A stretch of DNA of 32,000 bases. Source: Flavobacteriaceae bacterium (GTDB lineage: Bacteria; Bacteroidota; Bacteroidia; Flavobacteriales; Flavobacteriaceae). The notes beneath the pieces are model-generated. The model saw nothing but the letters and a program-made list of their open reading frames with translations, searched no databases and had not been told where the DNA came from. Below are positions 9,515 to 19,840 of this stretch, in pieces. A program made the translations under genes and the position numbers. How positions within the stretch are numbered: the first letter of the stretch is position 1; each line of letters begins with the position of its first letter. The stretch covers positions 3,000,001 to 3,032,000 of the forward strand of contig OZ245049.1 of assembly GCA_965224465.1 (NCBI GenBank). Reading direction: 5' to 3'.

Positions 9515-11332
9515 ATGGGCAATACACCTTACTGGAAACCATCAAAAAGCGTAATTGAGCAGAGCAATATTTATAAAGTGATGCAAAAAAATGCGATAGA
9601 TAATTATGGTGATTTTTGGAGGTGGTCTGTTGCAGAAAAACAAGTTTTTTGGAAACAAACAGTCGCGGAATTAGGCATTCAATTTCACAAGAAATTTGAC
9701 TGTATTTTAAATACTGATAAAGGTGTTGAATCGCCTTTTTGGCTGTGTAATTCACAATTGAATATTGTAGATAGCTGTTTTCAAAACGAGGATGATTCCA
9801 TAGTGATTTGTTTTCAAAAAGAGGGAGGAGCTATAGAAAAGGTCACCCAAAAGGAGCTAGAAAACTTAGTCAATACCATTGCGAATGCGTTGGTAAATGC
9901 AGGCTTAGAACAAGGAGATAAAATTGGGATAGATCTTCCTATGACAGTGGAGGCAGTCGCCATTTATTTAGCAGGAATAAAAGCAGGAATGCCAGTGGTA
10001 ACTATTGCGGATAGTTTTACAACCAACGAAATAGCAGTACGCTTGGCGAGCACGCTACCTAAAATTGTTTTCACGCAAGACGTGTTGTTGCGCAGAGGGA
10101 AATCCTTGCCTTTATATGTAAAAGTTGTGGAAGCAAATGCGGAAAGTATTGTGGTGATTCCTGTTTCTAATAAAAGCATTCCCTTGCGCAGGCAAGATAA
10201 ATTTTGGAATGATTTTATCAGTTCAAATACACAGTTTACATCTATTAAACAATCACCAGATACCTGCATTACGGTATTGTTCTCTTCTGGAACAACGGGA
10301 GCTCCAAAAGCCATTCCTTGGACGCATATTACACCTATAAAATCGGCTTCTGATGGGTTTTATCACCAAGATATTCATAAAAATGATGTGGTATGCTGGC
10401 CTACAAATTTGGGTTGGATGATGGGACCTTGGTTGGTGTTTGCTTCTTTAATTAATAAAGGATGTATGGCCTTGTATTATGGCGCACCGATGGGTGCCGA
10501 ATTCGGTAAATTTATACAAGATAGCAAAACCACCATGCTGGGTGTTATACCGAGCTTTGTCAACCATTGGAAACAGTCTCAGTGCATGGAAAAGTACGAT
10601 TGGACAGCCATTAAATGCTTTAGTTCTACAGGTGAAGTCTCCAATCCTATAGAAATGGAATACTTGATGGATCTGGCAGGCAACAAACCTGTAATTGAGT
10701 ATTGTGGAGGTACAGAAATAGGTGGTGGATATGTGACCAGTACGGTTGTTCAAGACAATTACCCAAGTACTTTTTCTAGTCAAGCTTTAGGAGGAGCCTT
10801 TGTACTGCTGGACGATGAAAATAACGAAGCGGTCACAGGTGAAATGTTTTTGATACCTCCTGTACTAGGGATGTCAAATACTTTATTGAATAGAAATCAT
10901 CACGAGGTGTATTTTAAAGGGACTCCAAGGTATAAAAATCAAGTGTTAAGGCGTCATGGGGATCAATTAACAATGCTAGAAAACGGTTATTATAAAGCCA
11001 GTGGGCGTGTGGATGACGCCATGAATTTAGGAGGAATTAAAGTGAGCTCTATTCAAATAGAGAAGGTCTTAAACAAACTTGTATTTATCAAAGAATCTTC
11101 GGCAGTAGCAATTGCTCCACAAGGAGGTGGGCCAAGTAAATTGGTGGTTTTTTATGTAGAAAACACTTCTAAATTACAGGAGGAGGACAGGTTGAATTTG
11201 GTTAAAAAAAGTATAAAAGATCAACTAAATCCGCTTTTTAAAGTTGCTGATTTGGTAAAAATTATTAGCTTGCCCCGAACTGCCTCAAATAAGGTAATGC
11301 GTAGATCTTTACGCAATTCATATCAACAATAA
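9515..11332 (+). CDS. AMP-dependent synthetase/ligase (acyl/acetyl-CoA synthetase-like)
   Basis: 605 aa. ANL adenylation core LFSSGTTGAPKAI, plus GYYKASGRVDD and GGIKVSS near the C-terminus. Confidence 0.8.
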   Translation: MGNTPYWKPSKSVIEQSNIYKVMQKNAIDNYGDFWRWSVAEKQVFWKQTVAELGIQFHKKFDCILNTDKGVESPFWLCNSQLNIVDSCFQNEDDSIVICFQKEGGAIEKVTQKELENLVNTIANALVNAGLEQGDKIGIDLPMTVEAVAIYLAGIKAGMPVVTIADSFTTNEIAVRLASTLPKIVFTQDVLLRRGKSLPLYVKVVEANAESIVVIPVSNKSIPLRRQDKFWNDFISSNTQFTSIKQSPDTCITVLFSSGTTGAPKAIPWTHITPIKSASDGFYHQDIHKNDVVCWPTNLGWMMGPWLVFASLINKGCMALYYGAPMGAEFGKFIQDSKTTMLGVIPSFVNHWKQSQCMEKYDWTAIKCFSSTGEVSNPIEMEYLMDLAGNKPVIEYCGGTEIGGGYVTSTVVQDNYPSTFSSQALGGAFVLLDDENNEAVTGEMFLIPPVLGMSNTLLNRNHHEVYFKGTPRYKNQVLRRHGDQLTMLENGYYKASGRVDDAMNLGGIKVSSIQIEKVLNKLVFIKESSAVAIAPQGGGPSKLVVFYVENTSKLQEEDRLNLVKKSIKDQLNPLFKVADLVKIISLPRTASNKVMRRSLRNSYQQ

Positions 11333-11396
11333 AACAGGTCGTTTTATTGTTTTTACATTCATATTTTAGGAGTACTAACGAATTAATAATAGACAG

Positions 11397-12161
11397 ATGA
11401 AAATTATCTCATATAATGTAAATGGCATCAGAGCAGCCATTAAAAAAGGTTTTTTTGATTGGATAAAAGCCGCAAATCCGGATGTGCTTTGCATTCAAGA
11501 AACAAAAGCACATAAAGAACAATTAGATTTAAGTTTGTTTGAAGAAGCAGGTTATAAATATAACTATTGGTTTTCTGCACAAAAAAAAGGGTATAGCAGC
11601 GTTGCTATTTTATGTAAAACAGAACCGAAGCATATAGAATATGGAACTGGGATAGAAACCATGGATTTTGAAGGGCGTAATTTACGTGTGGATTTTGAAA
11701 CTGTTTCTGTAATGAGTTTGTATTTGCCTTCAGGAACTAATAGTGCTCGCTTGGATTTTAAACTCAATTATATGGACGAATTTTTGGACTATATAAATGA
11801 CTTAAAAAAAACCATTCCCAACCTTGTGATCTGTGGAGATTACAATATTTGTCATACAGAAATAGACATTCATAATCCAAAACAAAACAAAAATACTTCT
11901 GGTTTTTTACCCATTGAACGTACGTGGTTGGGAACATTTATAGACAGTGGTTTTGTAGATACTTTTCGTTATTTTAACAAAGACCCACACCATTATAGCT
12001 GGTGGAGTTACCGTGCAAATTCCAGAAATAATAATAAGGGATGGCGTATAGATTATTGTATGGCAACAGAAAACTTAAGTGACCGTTTAGAGCGTGCTTT
12101 TATTTTACCAGAAGCAAAACACTCGGATCATTGCCCTATAGGAGTAGAAATAAAAGAATAA
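11397..12161 (+). CDS. xth: Exodeoxyribonuclease III (AP endonuclease)
   Basis: 254 aa. MKIISYNVNGIRA, LCIQETK, GDYNICH and the C-terminal SDHCP are hallmarks of the ExoIII/EEP fold. Confidence 0.9.
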   Translation: MKIISYNVNGIRAAIKKGFFDWIKAANPDVLCIQETKAHKEQLDLSLFEEAGYKYNYWFSAQKKGYSSVAILCKTEPKHIEYGTGIETMDFEGRNLRVDFETVSVMSLYLPSGTNSARLDFKLNYMDEFLDYINDLKKTIPNLVICGDYNICHTEIDIHNPKQNKNTSGFLPIERTWLGTFIDSGFVDTFRYFNKDPHHYSWWSYRANSRNNNKGWRIDYCMATENLSDRLERAFILPEAKHSDHCPIGVEIKE

Positions 12162-12186
12162 TAATTAGATAAAACCAATTGAACTT

Positions 12187-13752
12187 ATGCGTAGTATTTT
12201 CACGTACGCCTTTTTAATAGCAAGCTATATAGGACTTGCACAATCACAAAATACGGTTCTTGATACCGTTGTTCCAGCAACTGTTTTTCGGGATCATATC
12301 CAATTGACATCTACGGACTCTTTGCCCGTAATGTCTAAAAAGCTACAACCATTTGCTGAAAAACATGTGGAAGCTACTTTAATTGATAGCTTGTGGATGC
12401 AAGAAATGTATTATTCAAAATTGTATGACACGGTACAATTTATACTTAAACCAAACGAGATAAAAGTTACGGAAATTGCGGAATTACCGACTGAATTATT
12501 AAAGGAACGTCTGGCATATTTGAACAGTCAAACACCTTTTAATGTAGCGTATAATCCAAGTTTAGAGAATATTATAAAATCGTATTTAAAAAGACGTAAG
12601 AGTTCTTATTCTATTTTATTGGAGCGTGCCCGCTATTATTTCCCAATGTTTGAGGAAAAACTAGACCAATATGACATTCCTTTAGAAATGAAATATTTAG
12701 CCATTGTGGAATCTGCATTAAAACCAAGAGCAAAATCTCGCGTAGCTGCTACAGGGTTGTGGCAGTTTATGTATGCGACAGGGAAACAATTTGATTTAAA
12801 TGTAAGTTCTTATGTTGATGAGCGCTCTGATCCATTAAAGGCTACGGAAGCTGCATGTAAATATTTGGGGAGTTTATACAGAATATTTGGAGATTGGGAC
12901 TTGGCATTGGCTGCCTATAACTCAGGGCCAGGAAATGTTTCAAAAGCCATTCGTAGAGCAGGAGGAAGTAGGAATTATTGGAATATCCGTCAATTTTTAC
13001 CTAGAGAAACTTCCGCTTATGTACCCGCATTTTATGCAACGTTGTACATTATGGAATATGCCGCTGAGCATGATATTGTAGCGCGGAAGAATACGCCCGT
13101 TTATTTTGAATCAGATACCGTACATGTAAAGCACCAAATTACCTTTGAACAAATTCATGAAACTGTAGGGGTGGACATAGAAACGTTACAGTTTTTAAAC
13201 CCGCAATATAAATTGGATATTATTCCCTTTGTAAAAGGACGTAATTACACCTTGACAATGCCTAGAAAATCGATCGGTAAATTTGTGAGTAACGAAGCTG
13301 AAATATACGCTTATGTAGCCGCAGAAGAAGCGAAAAGAGAAAAGCCTTTACCTAAGTATTTTGAACTAAATTCTAGTACTAGGTATCGTGTGAGAAGTGG
13401 TGATTATTTAGGTAGAATTGCAGATAAATTTGGCGTGAGTATCTCTAAATTAAAACGATGGAATGGACTGAGAAGTAACCGCTTAAAAGTGGGACAGCGT
13501 TTGACGATTTATCCACGGAAATTAAGAAGTCTATCTCCTCGGAAATCTTCAAGAAAAAAATCAGATAAAAAGGTCGTAAAACCACTACCTACAGGCCCAT
13601 ATCAAATCTATAAAGTACAGTCAGGAGACAGCCTTTGGTTGATTGCGCAAAAATATGAAGGTGTTTCAACTCAAAATATCAAAGAATGGAACAATATTTG
13701 GAGTGTTAAAAAACTGAAACTAGGATTGCAATTAAAGATTTACAGAAAATAA
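12187..13752 (+). CDS. Lytic murein transglycosylase (MltD-like) with two C-terminal LysM domains
   Basis: Signal peptide. SLT catalytic region AIVESALKPRAKSRVAATGLWQFM...AYNSGPGNV. Two LysM repeats (YRVRSGDYLGRIADKFGVS..., YKVQSGDSLWLIAQKYEGVS...). Confidence 0.88.
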   Translation: MRSIFTYAFLIASYIGLAQSQNTVLDTVVPATVFRDHIQLTSTDSLPVMSKKLQPFAEKHVEATLIDSLWMQEMYYSKLYDTVQFILKPNEIKVTEIAELPTELLKERLAYLNSQTPFNVAYNPSLENIIKSYLKRRKSSYSILLERARYYFPMFEEKLDQYDIPLEMKYLAIVESALKPRAKSRVAATGLWQFMYATGKQFDLNVSSYVDERSDPLKATEAACKYLGSLYRIFGDWDLALAAYNSGPGNVSKAIRRAGGSRNYWNIRQFLPRETSAYVPAFYATLYIMEYAAEHDIVARKNTPVYFESDTVHVKHQITFEQIHETVGVDIETLQFLNPQYKLDIIPFVKGRNYTLTMPRKSIGKFVSNEAEIYAYVAAEEAKREKPLPKYFELNSSTRYRVRSGDYLGRIADKFGVSISKLKRWNGLRSNRLKVGQRLTIYPRKLRSLSPRKSSRKKSDKKVVKPLPTGPYQIYKVQSGDSLWLIAQKYEGVSTQNIKEWNNIWSVKKLKLGLQLKIYRK

Positions 13753-13791
13753 ATAATCAGAAGTGCAGTCGCAGCACTTAAAAGAATTAAA

Positions 13792-14769
13792 ATGATGAAA
13801 AAATTAGTCGTATTATTTGTAGCAACCCTATTCGCAGTTGGGTGTCAAAATAAAAACCCACAGCGCATTTATCAAAATTCAAATGGTAGAATTAACAATG
13901 TGTTGGTTATTGTTAAAAACAGTGAATGGCAAGGAGCTATTGGAGATGCTTTGCGTAAAATTATTGCTGCTCCCGTTGTTGGATTGCCACAGCCAGAAGC
14001 TCAATTTGATATAACTCAAGCACCACCAGAAAGTTATGGAAGTATGTTTAGAGCAACACGTAGTTTATTGGTGATTGGAATTGCAAATAAAAACACATTC
14101 AGTGCTAAATCTAATGTATACGCTAAACCTCAGAAAATTGTGACCATTACAGGGACTTCAGAGGCTCAAATAATTGCACAAATTGAGAAACATAAAAAGG
14201 AAATATTAACTGCTTTTAGAGAAAATGATTTAGCGACTGCACAAAAAAATAATGCAAAAGATTTATTGGATGGAAGTAAGATTACTACATTTAATAAATT
14301 AGGATTTTCTATGAGTATTCCACGTAAATACAGAAAAGTGGAAGAAAACGATTCGTTTTTCTGGTATAGACATCACTTGAATAATGGAAATACGATGGAA
14401 ATATTAGCCTATACAATGCCTATAGATCCTGATATGGACATGAGCGACCAAATTGTGAAAAACAGAAATACCATTGGGAAAAAGTATATTCCAGGTGCTA
14501 AAGAAGGTTCTTATATGATTACCGAACAAGCCTATACTCCACATGTGTTTGAGGTGACTTTGGCAGGGAAAAAAGCCTATGAAACACGGGGTAAATGGGA
14601 AGTGAAAGATGCTTATATGGCAGGGCCCTTTTTAAATTATACCGTAGTGGATAAAGCCAATAATAGATTGATAATTGTGGAAGGATTTACCTACGCACCA
14701 TCTATTAACAAGCGTGATTATATGTTTGAGTTGGAAGCCATCTTAAAGACCTTGAAGATTCGTAGTTAG
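13792..14769 (+). CDS. Lipoprotein of unknown function (DUF4837-like)
   Basis: 325-aa ORF with signal peptide and lipobox (LFAVGCQ). The family name is from memory of Bacteroidota homologues, not verified. Confidence 0.6.
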   Translation: MMKKLVVLFVATLFAVGCQNKNPQRIYQNSNGRINNVLVIVKNSEWQGAIGDALRKIIAAPVVGLPQPEAQFDITQAPPESYGSMFRATRSLLVIGIANKNTFSAKSNVYAKPQKIVTITGTSEAQIIAQIEKHKKEILTAFRENDLATAQKNNAKDLLDGSKITTFNKLGFSMSIPRKYRKVEENDSFFWYRHHLNNGNTMEILAYTMPIDPDMDMSDQIVKNRNTIGKKYIPGAKEGSYMITEQAYTPHVFEVTLAGKKAYETRGKWEVKDAYMAGPFLNYTVVDKANNRLIIVEGFTYAPSINKRDYMFELEAILKTLKIRS

Positions 14770-14792
14770 ATTTTAGATTTTAGAATTTAGAT
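14766..14792 (+). repeat. Heptamer microsatellite (TTAGATT)x4, imperfect, overlapping the stop codon
   Basis: TTAGATT TTAGATT TTAGAAT TTAGAT read directly. The TAG stop of the upstream CDS is 14767-14769. Confidence 0.8.
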
Positions 14793-15014
14793 GTGAGTCT
14801 TGAGAAGCAAGAATCAAGATACTAGAAACAGGATTGATTTTGAGTATTCGGCAGGCTGTTTTTCCTCTATAAATTGAGGGAATAGATATAAAAATCTACA
14901 GACCGCATAGCTGATAAAAAAGACTATGTATTGTCGCATCATCTTAAAAGTTCTAAATTACAGACTCCTGATCTCAGATTCTTATCATCAAACAAACAGA
15001 AATTATTAAAAAAT

Positions 15015-15048
15015 AAAAAAAGTGTGCTTTTAAAAGCACACTTTTTTT
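15015..15048 (+). terminator. Bidirectional-looking rho-independent terminator
   Basis: AAAAGTGTGCTTTT/AAAAGCACACTTTT is a perfect palindrome flanked by an A-run and a T-run. It lies 250 nt after the DUF4837-like stop and 60 nt before glnS. Confidence 0.75.
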
Positions 15049-15080
15049 ATGTGAATACACCACATCCTAGCATTTATTAG

Positions 15081-15088
15081 TATTTTTG
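15081..15088 (+). promoter_or_regulatory. Candidate -7 box (TATTTTTG) for glnS
   Basis: Exact TAnnTTTG match 20 nt upstream of the ATG at 15108, immediately after the terminator. Confidence 0.35.
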
Positions 15089-15107
15089 TAGTCTAATTAA
15101 TGTCAAC

Positions 15108-16793
15108 ATGAGCGAAGAAAGAAAAACGCTGAATTTTATTGAGCAAATTATTGAAGAAGATTTGGCAAACGGACTGTCTAAGGATCGTCTACGTTTCCGG
15201 TTTCCACCTGAGCCAAATGGGTATTTACACATTGGACATGCGGCTTCTATTTGTTTAAACTTTGGTTTAGGATTGCGATACAATGCACCTGTAAATTTAC
15301 GTTTTGATGATACAAATCCAGCCAAAGAAGAGCAGGAATATGTAGATGCCATCAAAAAGGATATCGAATGGTTAGGGTTTAAGTGGGATCAGGAATTGTA
15401 TTCTTCCAACTATTTTGATCAATTGTACCAATGGGCACTTGAGTTTATAAAAGAGGGAAAAGCGTATATCGATAATCAATCTTCTGCTGAAATGGCGGCT
15501 CAAAAAGGAACACCTACCGAACCAGGTACAGATAGTCCTAACAGGGATCGTTCTGTAGCGGAAAACTTGGACTTGTTTGCGCAAATGAAAAATGGAGATT
15601 TTGAAGAAGGATCTCATGTATTGCGTGCAAAAATAGATATGAAACACAATAACATGCATATGCGTGATCCTATTATGTATCGTATTCTTAAAAAAGACCA
15701 TCATAGAACGGGCGATACTTGGTGTATATACCCAATGTATGATTGGACACATGGGCAATCGGATTACCTAGAACAAGTGTCACATTCTATCTGTACATTA
15801 GAATTTAAAAGCCATAGAGATTTATACGATTCGTATTTGGACCAAGTGTTTTCTGACAAAGATATACGCCCAAAACAACGTGAATTTGCTCGTCGTAATT
15901 TAAGTTATACGGTTATGAGTAAACGTAAATTATTACAATTGGTAGAAGAAGGTGTTGTAAATGGATGGGACGATCCCCGTATGCCTACTATTTCTGGATT
16001 GCGTAGACGTGGTTATACCGCAAATTCTATTCGTACTTTCAGTGAAACAGCAGGAATTTCTAAACGTGAGAATGTAACAGATGTAGCCTTATTAGAATTC
16101 TGTATCAAAGACGATTTAAATAAAACAGCACCTCGAGTAATGGGTGTGCTAGATCCTGTGAAAGTAGTAATTACCAACTACCCAGAAGGAGAGGAAGAGT
16201 GGTTGACAGCAGAAAACAACCCTGAAGATGAAGCTGCAGGATCAAGACAAGTTCCATTTTCTAGAGAAATCTATATCGAAAAAGAAGATTTTAGAGAAGC
16301 GGCTAATAAAAAGTTTTTCCGATTAAAATTAGGGAAAGAAGTACGTCTTAAAAATGCCTATATCATCAAAGCAGAAAGTTGTACCAAAGATGAAAACGGA
16401 GAAGTCATAGAAATACAGTGTACCTATGATCAAGAGAGTCGAAGTGGTAGTGGAAGTGAAGCTAGCAAGCGCAAAGTAAAAGGAACCTTACATTGGGTGT
16501 CTGTGCAGCACGCTGTTCCAGCTGAGGTGCGTATTTACGATCGTTTGTTTAATGATGAAGCACCAGACGGACATAAAGAGGTGGATTTTAAAGAATTCTT
16601 AAATCCAGACTCTTTACACATTATCAATGCTTTTGTAGAGCCTAGTCTTAAAGAAGCTAAAGACCTAGATCGCTTCCAATTCCAACGTTTGGGGTATTTT
16701 TGTGTAGACAAAGATAGCACCGCAGATAAAATTGTATTTAACCGTACCGTAGCTTTGCGTGATTCTTGGGCGAAGAAAGAAGATAAGAAATAG
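15108..16793 (+). CDS. glnS: Glutamine--tRNA ligase
   Basis: 561 aa. Class I HIGH motif (GYLHIGHA), KMSKS variant (VMSKRK) and GlnRS-type length and C-terminal beta-barrel region. Confidence 0.92.
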   Translation: MSEERKTLNFIEQIIEEDLANGLSKDRLRFRFPPEPNGYLHIGHAASICLNFGLGLRYNAPVNLRFDDTNPAKEEQEYVDAIKKDIEWLGFKWDQELYSSNYFDQLYQWALEFIKEGKAYIDNQSSAEMAAQKGTPTEPGTDSPNRDRSVAENLDLFAQMKNGDFEEGSHVLRAKIDMKHNNMHMRDPIMYRILKKDHHRTGDTWCIYPMYDWTHGQSDYLEQVSHSICTLEFKSHRDLYDSYLDQVFSDKDIRPKQREFARRNLSYTVMSKRKLLQLVEEGVVNGWDDPRMPTISGLRRRGYTANSIRTFSETAGISKRENVTDVALLEFCIKDDLNKTAPRVMGVLDPVKVVITNYPEGEEEWLTAENNPEDEAAGSRQVPFSREIYIEKEDFREAANKKFFRLKLGKEVRLKNAYIIKAESCTKDENGEVIEIQCTYDQESRSGSGSEASKRKVKGTLHWVSVQHAVPAEVRIYDRLFNDEAPDGHKEVDFKEFLNPDSLHIINAFVEPSLKEAKDLDRFQFQRLGYFCVDKDSTADKIVFNRTVALRDSWAKKEDKK

Positions 16794-16869
16794 CTTCCAA
16801 AAAAAAGTAGAGAGCGTAAAGAGAAGAGCGTATTGATTGTTCTTTTTTAAAAGTAAAATAGAGATTGAG

Positions 16870-16908
16870 AAACATCAAAGCCTTTTATGGGTTTTGATGT
16901 TTTTTTTT
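16870..16908 (+). terminator. Rho-independent terminator of glnS
   Basis: AAACATCAAA (16870-16879) pairs with TTTGATGTTT (16893-16902), followed by a T-run to 16908. Confidence 0.8.
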
Positions 16909-17018
16909 GCTTAACACTTCTGTTCTTTACAGTATGTTTTTTTTCTTAATGTGAGTTAAGAATACGAATTAATTTTATAAATTTACAGGAACAAACCATT
17001 ATTAACCTAGATCAATAC

Positions 17019-19430
17019 ATGATGAAACAATTCCTCTATTTTGCTCTTTTACTGTCTTTAGTAAAAGTGACAGCCCAAGAAAATGCACGTTACCAAAAAC
17101 CTCCAAAAGAAATTTTAGACCTCGTAGATATTGAGAAGGCACCAAGTGTACTCATAGATGATGCTAAAGAATTTATGGTGTTTTTGTACAGAGATGCGTA
17201 CAAATCTATTCAAGACCTTTCTAGAGAAGAACTCCGTTTAGGGGGCTTGCGCATAGACCCTAAAACCAATATAGGTAGTAGGATCACCTATTTTAAGACT
17301 CTAAAAATAAAAAACATTTCGAAAAAAGGAAATGCTATTTTATTGGTAAAAGGATTGCCGAGTGCTCCTAAATTAGCTAATTTTAGTTGGTCTCCAAAAC
17401 AGCAAAGAATTGCATTTACAAACACCACTTCAAAGGGTGTTGAACTGTGGGTAATGGAGTTGGCAACTGCTACAGCAACCAAACTGACAACAGCAATAGT
17501 AAATGCGAATATTGGGGATGTTATGAATTGGTTTAAAGATGGGAAATCACTGTTACTTAAAGTGGTTTCTGAAAATAAAAAACCATTGATCAATACAAAA
17601 ACTGCAGTTCCATTGGGACCTACGATTTCTGTAAATGAAGGGAAAAAAGCGCAGAATAGAACTTACCAAGATTTATTAAAAAACAAGAATGATGAGCATA
17701 ATTTTGAACAACTTGCCATATCAGAATTGTACAAGGTTTCGTTGGATGGTACAAAAGAAAAATGGTTAGGAACTGCCATCTATAAAAGTATTAACTTTTC
17801 ACCTGATGGTAAGTATGTCTTGGTGAATACCGTAGAAAAACCATATTCATATTTGGTACCTTATCATCGGTTTCCTTCTAAAACGAGCGTTTATTCTAAA
17901 GACGGAAGTTTGGTAGAAACCCTGCTAGAAGTTCCTTTAATTGAGGATTTACCAAAAGGATTTATGGCTGTTAGAACAGGGAAAAGAAATTTTACTTGGA
18001 GAAAAGATACAGCTGCAACTCTTGTTTATATCAGCGCTTTAGATGGAGGAGATCCAGCGACTAAAGTAGATTTTAGAGATGAGGTTTTAACATTGGATTT
18101 TCCTTATAAAGGAGAAGGAAAGCGCATTTTAAAAACAATCAATAGAATGTCTGATATTGAATGGGGAAATAATTCTTTGGCTATTGCACATGATTATTGG
18201 TGGAATACCAGAAACACAAAATCCTATGTATTCAATCCTTCTGATGCTTCACAAAAACCGGTCATTATTTCTGACAGAAATTATCAAGATACCTATAGTG
18301 ATCCGGGTAGATTTTTAAGCCAGAGAAATAGCATGGGAAGTAGGGTATTGACCTTGATAAAAGGGAATGCTTTTTTAATAGGAAGAGGCTATAGTGCAAA
18401 AGGACAATTTCCTTTTGTAGATCAGATGAATTTAAAAAGTCTAAAGACAAAAAGGATTTATCAATCAAAACTCACTGATAAGCTTGAAAACATACAACGT
18501 TACGATCCTAAGAAGAAGGAATTACTAGTTAAAATTGAATCTCCAAAAGCGTATCCAAATTATTATTTTAGAAAGCTTAGAAAAAATAAGTTAACACAAC
18601 TCACCTTTTTTGAAAATCCATTTAAGAGCATTCAAAATGTATCTAAAGAAGTGATACATTACAAACGTGAAGATGGACTGGAACTGTCAGGGACATTGTA
18701 TTTACCTGTTGGATATGATAAAAGTAAGAAGGAAAAAATGCCGATGATTATGTGGGCATACCCAACAGAATTTAAGGATAAATCTAGTGCTGGACAAAGC
18801 ACAAAAAACCCAAATAAATTCACCTATCCTTACTATGGTTCCATGATTTATTGGCTTACCAAAGGGTATGTAGTTTTAGATGGCGCTTCTTTTCCTATTG
18901 TTGGTGAGGGAGATGCAGAACCAAATGATACTTTTATCACTCAATTAGTTGCCAATGCTAAAGCAGCCATTGATGCTGTAGATAAACTTGGATATATAGA
19001 TAGAAATAGAGTTGCGGTAGGTGGACATAGCTATGGTGCATTTATGGTGGCAAATTTATTGTCACATTCGGACTTGTTTGCTGCTGGAATTGCGCGTAGT
19101 GGTGCATATAATAGAACCTTAACTCCTTTTGGATTTCAAAGTGAGGAGCGTAATTATTGGGAAGCACCAGAGGTGTATAATGCTATGTCTCCATTTATGA
19201 ATGCAGATAAAATGAAATATCCTTTGTTGTTAATTCACGGTGAGGCAGATAATAATTCGGGAACATATCCTATGCAAAGCGAGCGCTATTTTAATGCTCT
19301 AAAAGGTTTAGGGGCTACCGTGAGACTTGTTATTTTACCGAAAGAAAGTCATGGTTATAAGTCTAAAGAAAGCATACTTCACCTTCTTTGGGAACAAGAT
19401 CAATGGTTGGAAAAATACTTAAAAAAATAA
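17019..19430 (+). CDS. S9-family (prolyl oligopeptidase/dipeptidyl peptidase-like) serine peptidase, secreted
   Basis: 803 aa. Signal peptide, long beta-propeller-like N-terminal region, and a C-terminal alpha/beta hydrolase with GGHSYGAF (GxSxG), HGEADNN and ESHGY. Confidence 0.85.
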   Translation: MMKQFLYFALLLSLVKVTAQENARYQKPPKEILDLVDIEKAPSVLIDDAKEFMVFLYRDAYKSIQDLSREELRLGGLRIDPKTNIGSRITYFKTLKIKNISKKGNAILLVKGLPSAPKLANFSWSPKQQRIAFTNTTSKGVELWVMELATATATKLTTAIVNANIGDVMNWFKDGKSLLLKVVSENKKPLINTKTAVPLGPTISVNEGKKAQNRTYQDLLKNKNDEHNFEQLAISELYKVSLDGTKEKWLGTAIYKSINFSPDGKYVLVNTVEKPYSYLVPYHRFPSKTSVYSKDGSLVETLLEVPLIEDLPKGFMAVRTGKRNFTWRKDTAATLVYISALDGGDPATKVDFRDEVLTLDFPYKGEGKRILKTINRMSDIEWGNNSLAIAHDYWWNTRNTKSYVFNPSDASQKPVIISDRNYQDTYSDPGRFLSQRNSMGSRVLTLIKGNAFLIGRGYSAKGQFPFVDQMNLKSLKTKRIYQSKLTDKLENIQRYDPKKKELLVKIESPKAYPNYYFRKLRKNKLTQLTFFENPFKSIQNVSKEVIHYKREDGLELSGTLYLPVGYDKSKKEKMPMIMWAYPTEFKDKSSAGQSTKNPNKFTYPYYGSMIYWLTKGYVVLDGASFPIVGEGDAEPNDTFITQLVANAKAAIDAVDKLGYIDRNRVAVGGHSYGAFMVANLLSHSDLFAAGIARSGAYNRTLTPFGFQSEERNYWEAPEVYNAMSPFMNADKMKYPLLLIHGEADNNSGTYPMQSERYFNALKGLGATVRLVILPKESHGYKSKESILHLLWEQDQWLEKYLKK

Positions 19431-19440
19431 GAAAAGAACC

Positions 19441-19481
19441 GCTAATAAACAGCTTAACAAAGGGTGTTTATTAGCCGTTTT
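19441..19481 (+). terminator. Terminator hairpin after the S9 peptidase gene
   Basis: GCTAATAAACA (19441-19451) pairs with TGTTTATTAGC (19465-19475), an 11-bp stem, then CGTTTTT. Confidence 0.65.
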
Positions 19482-19526
19482 TACAGTACTGTATTTGTAC
19501 AGTATTGATTCTTAGATGTATATTTT

Positions 19527-19555
19527 AAAAGGAGAAATTTTTCTCCTTTTTTTGT
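19527..19555 (+). terminator. Second terminator-like hairpin
   Basis: AAAAGGAGAAATTTTTCTCCTTTTTTTG: a GGAGA/TCTCC stem with a T7 run. Confidence 0.5.
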
Positions 19556-19840
19556 TTCTATAAATTGTACCAACTTGATTTTTGGAATGATAGGATCATT
19601 CTATTGAATTTATTGTTGGAAGGTAACATGGGTTCGCATAGCCATTGTTACAGTACGCTGTTTTTTGAATAGAATGTGAAAAAGAAACAATATAATATGG
19701 TATTATAGGACTAAAAGGGTGATGAAAAGCATTAAAAGACCCTTTTTTTTGGCTAGAAACAAATCTATTGATAAATTTGGAGGATATATAACACTAGGTT
19801 GAATGTTTTTGTCGTTATTAAAAGTTAAAATAAATTTGTA

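Noticed and set aside
19698-19720. Shared motif ATGG(T)ATTATAGGACTA at 19698 and 28099, and TATATAGGACATAAGGG after copy A (1320), as a possible additional element remnant or regulatory box
   Set aside because: These are only 12-16 nt matches with indels. Matches of that length are expected by chance in 32 kb of biased composition, and no flanking similarity supports homology.
19831-19838. TAAATTTG, a perfect TAnnTTTG -7 box upstream of the TetR gene
   Set aside because: It ends 2 nt before the annotated ATG (19841), so a transcript initiated from it would start inside the coding sequence. Either it is fortuitous or the true start codon is further downstream, and that cannot be resolved from sequence alone.
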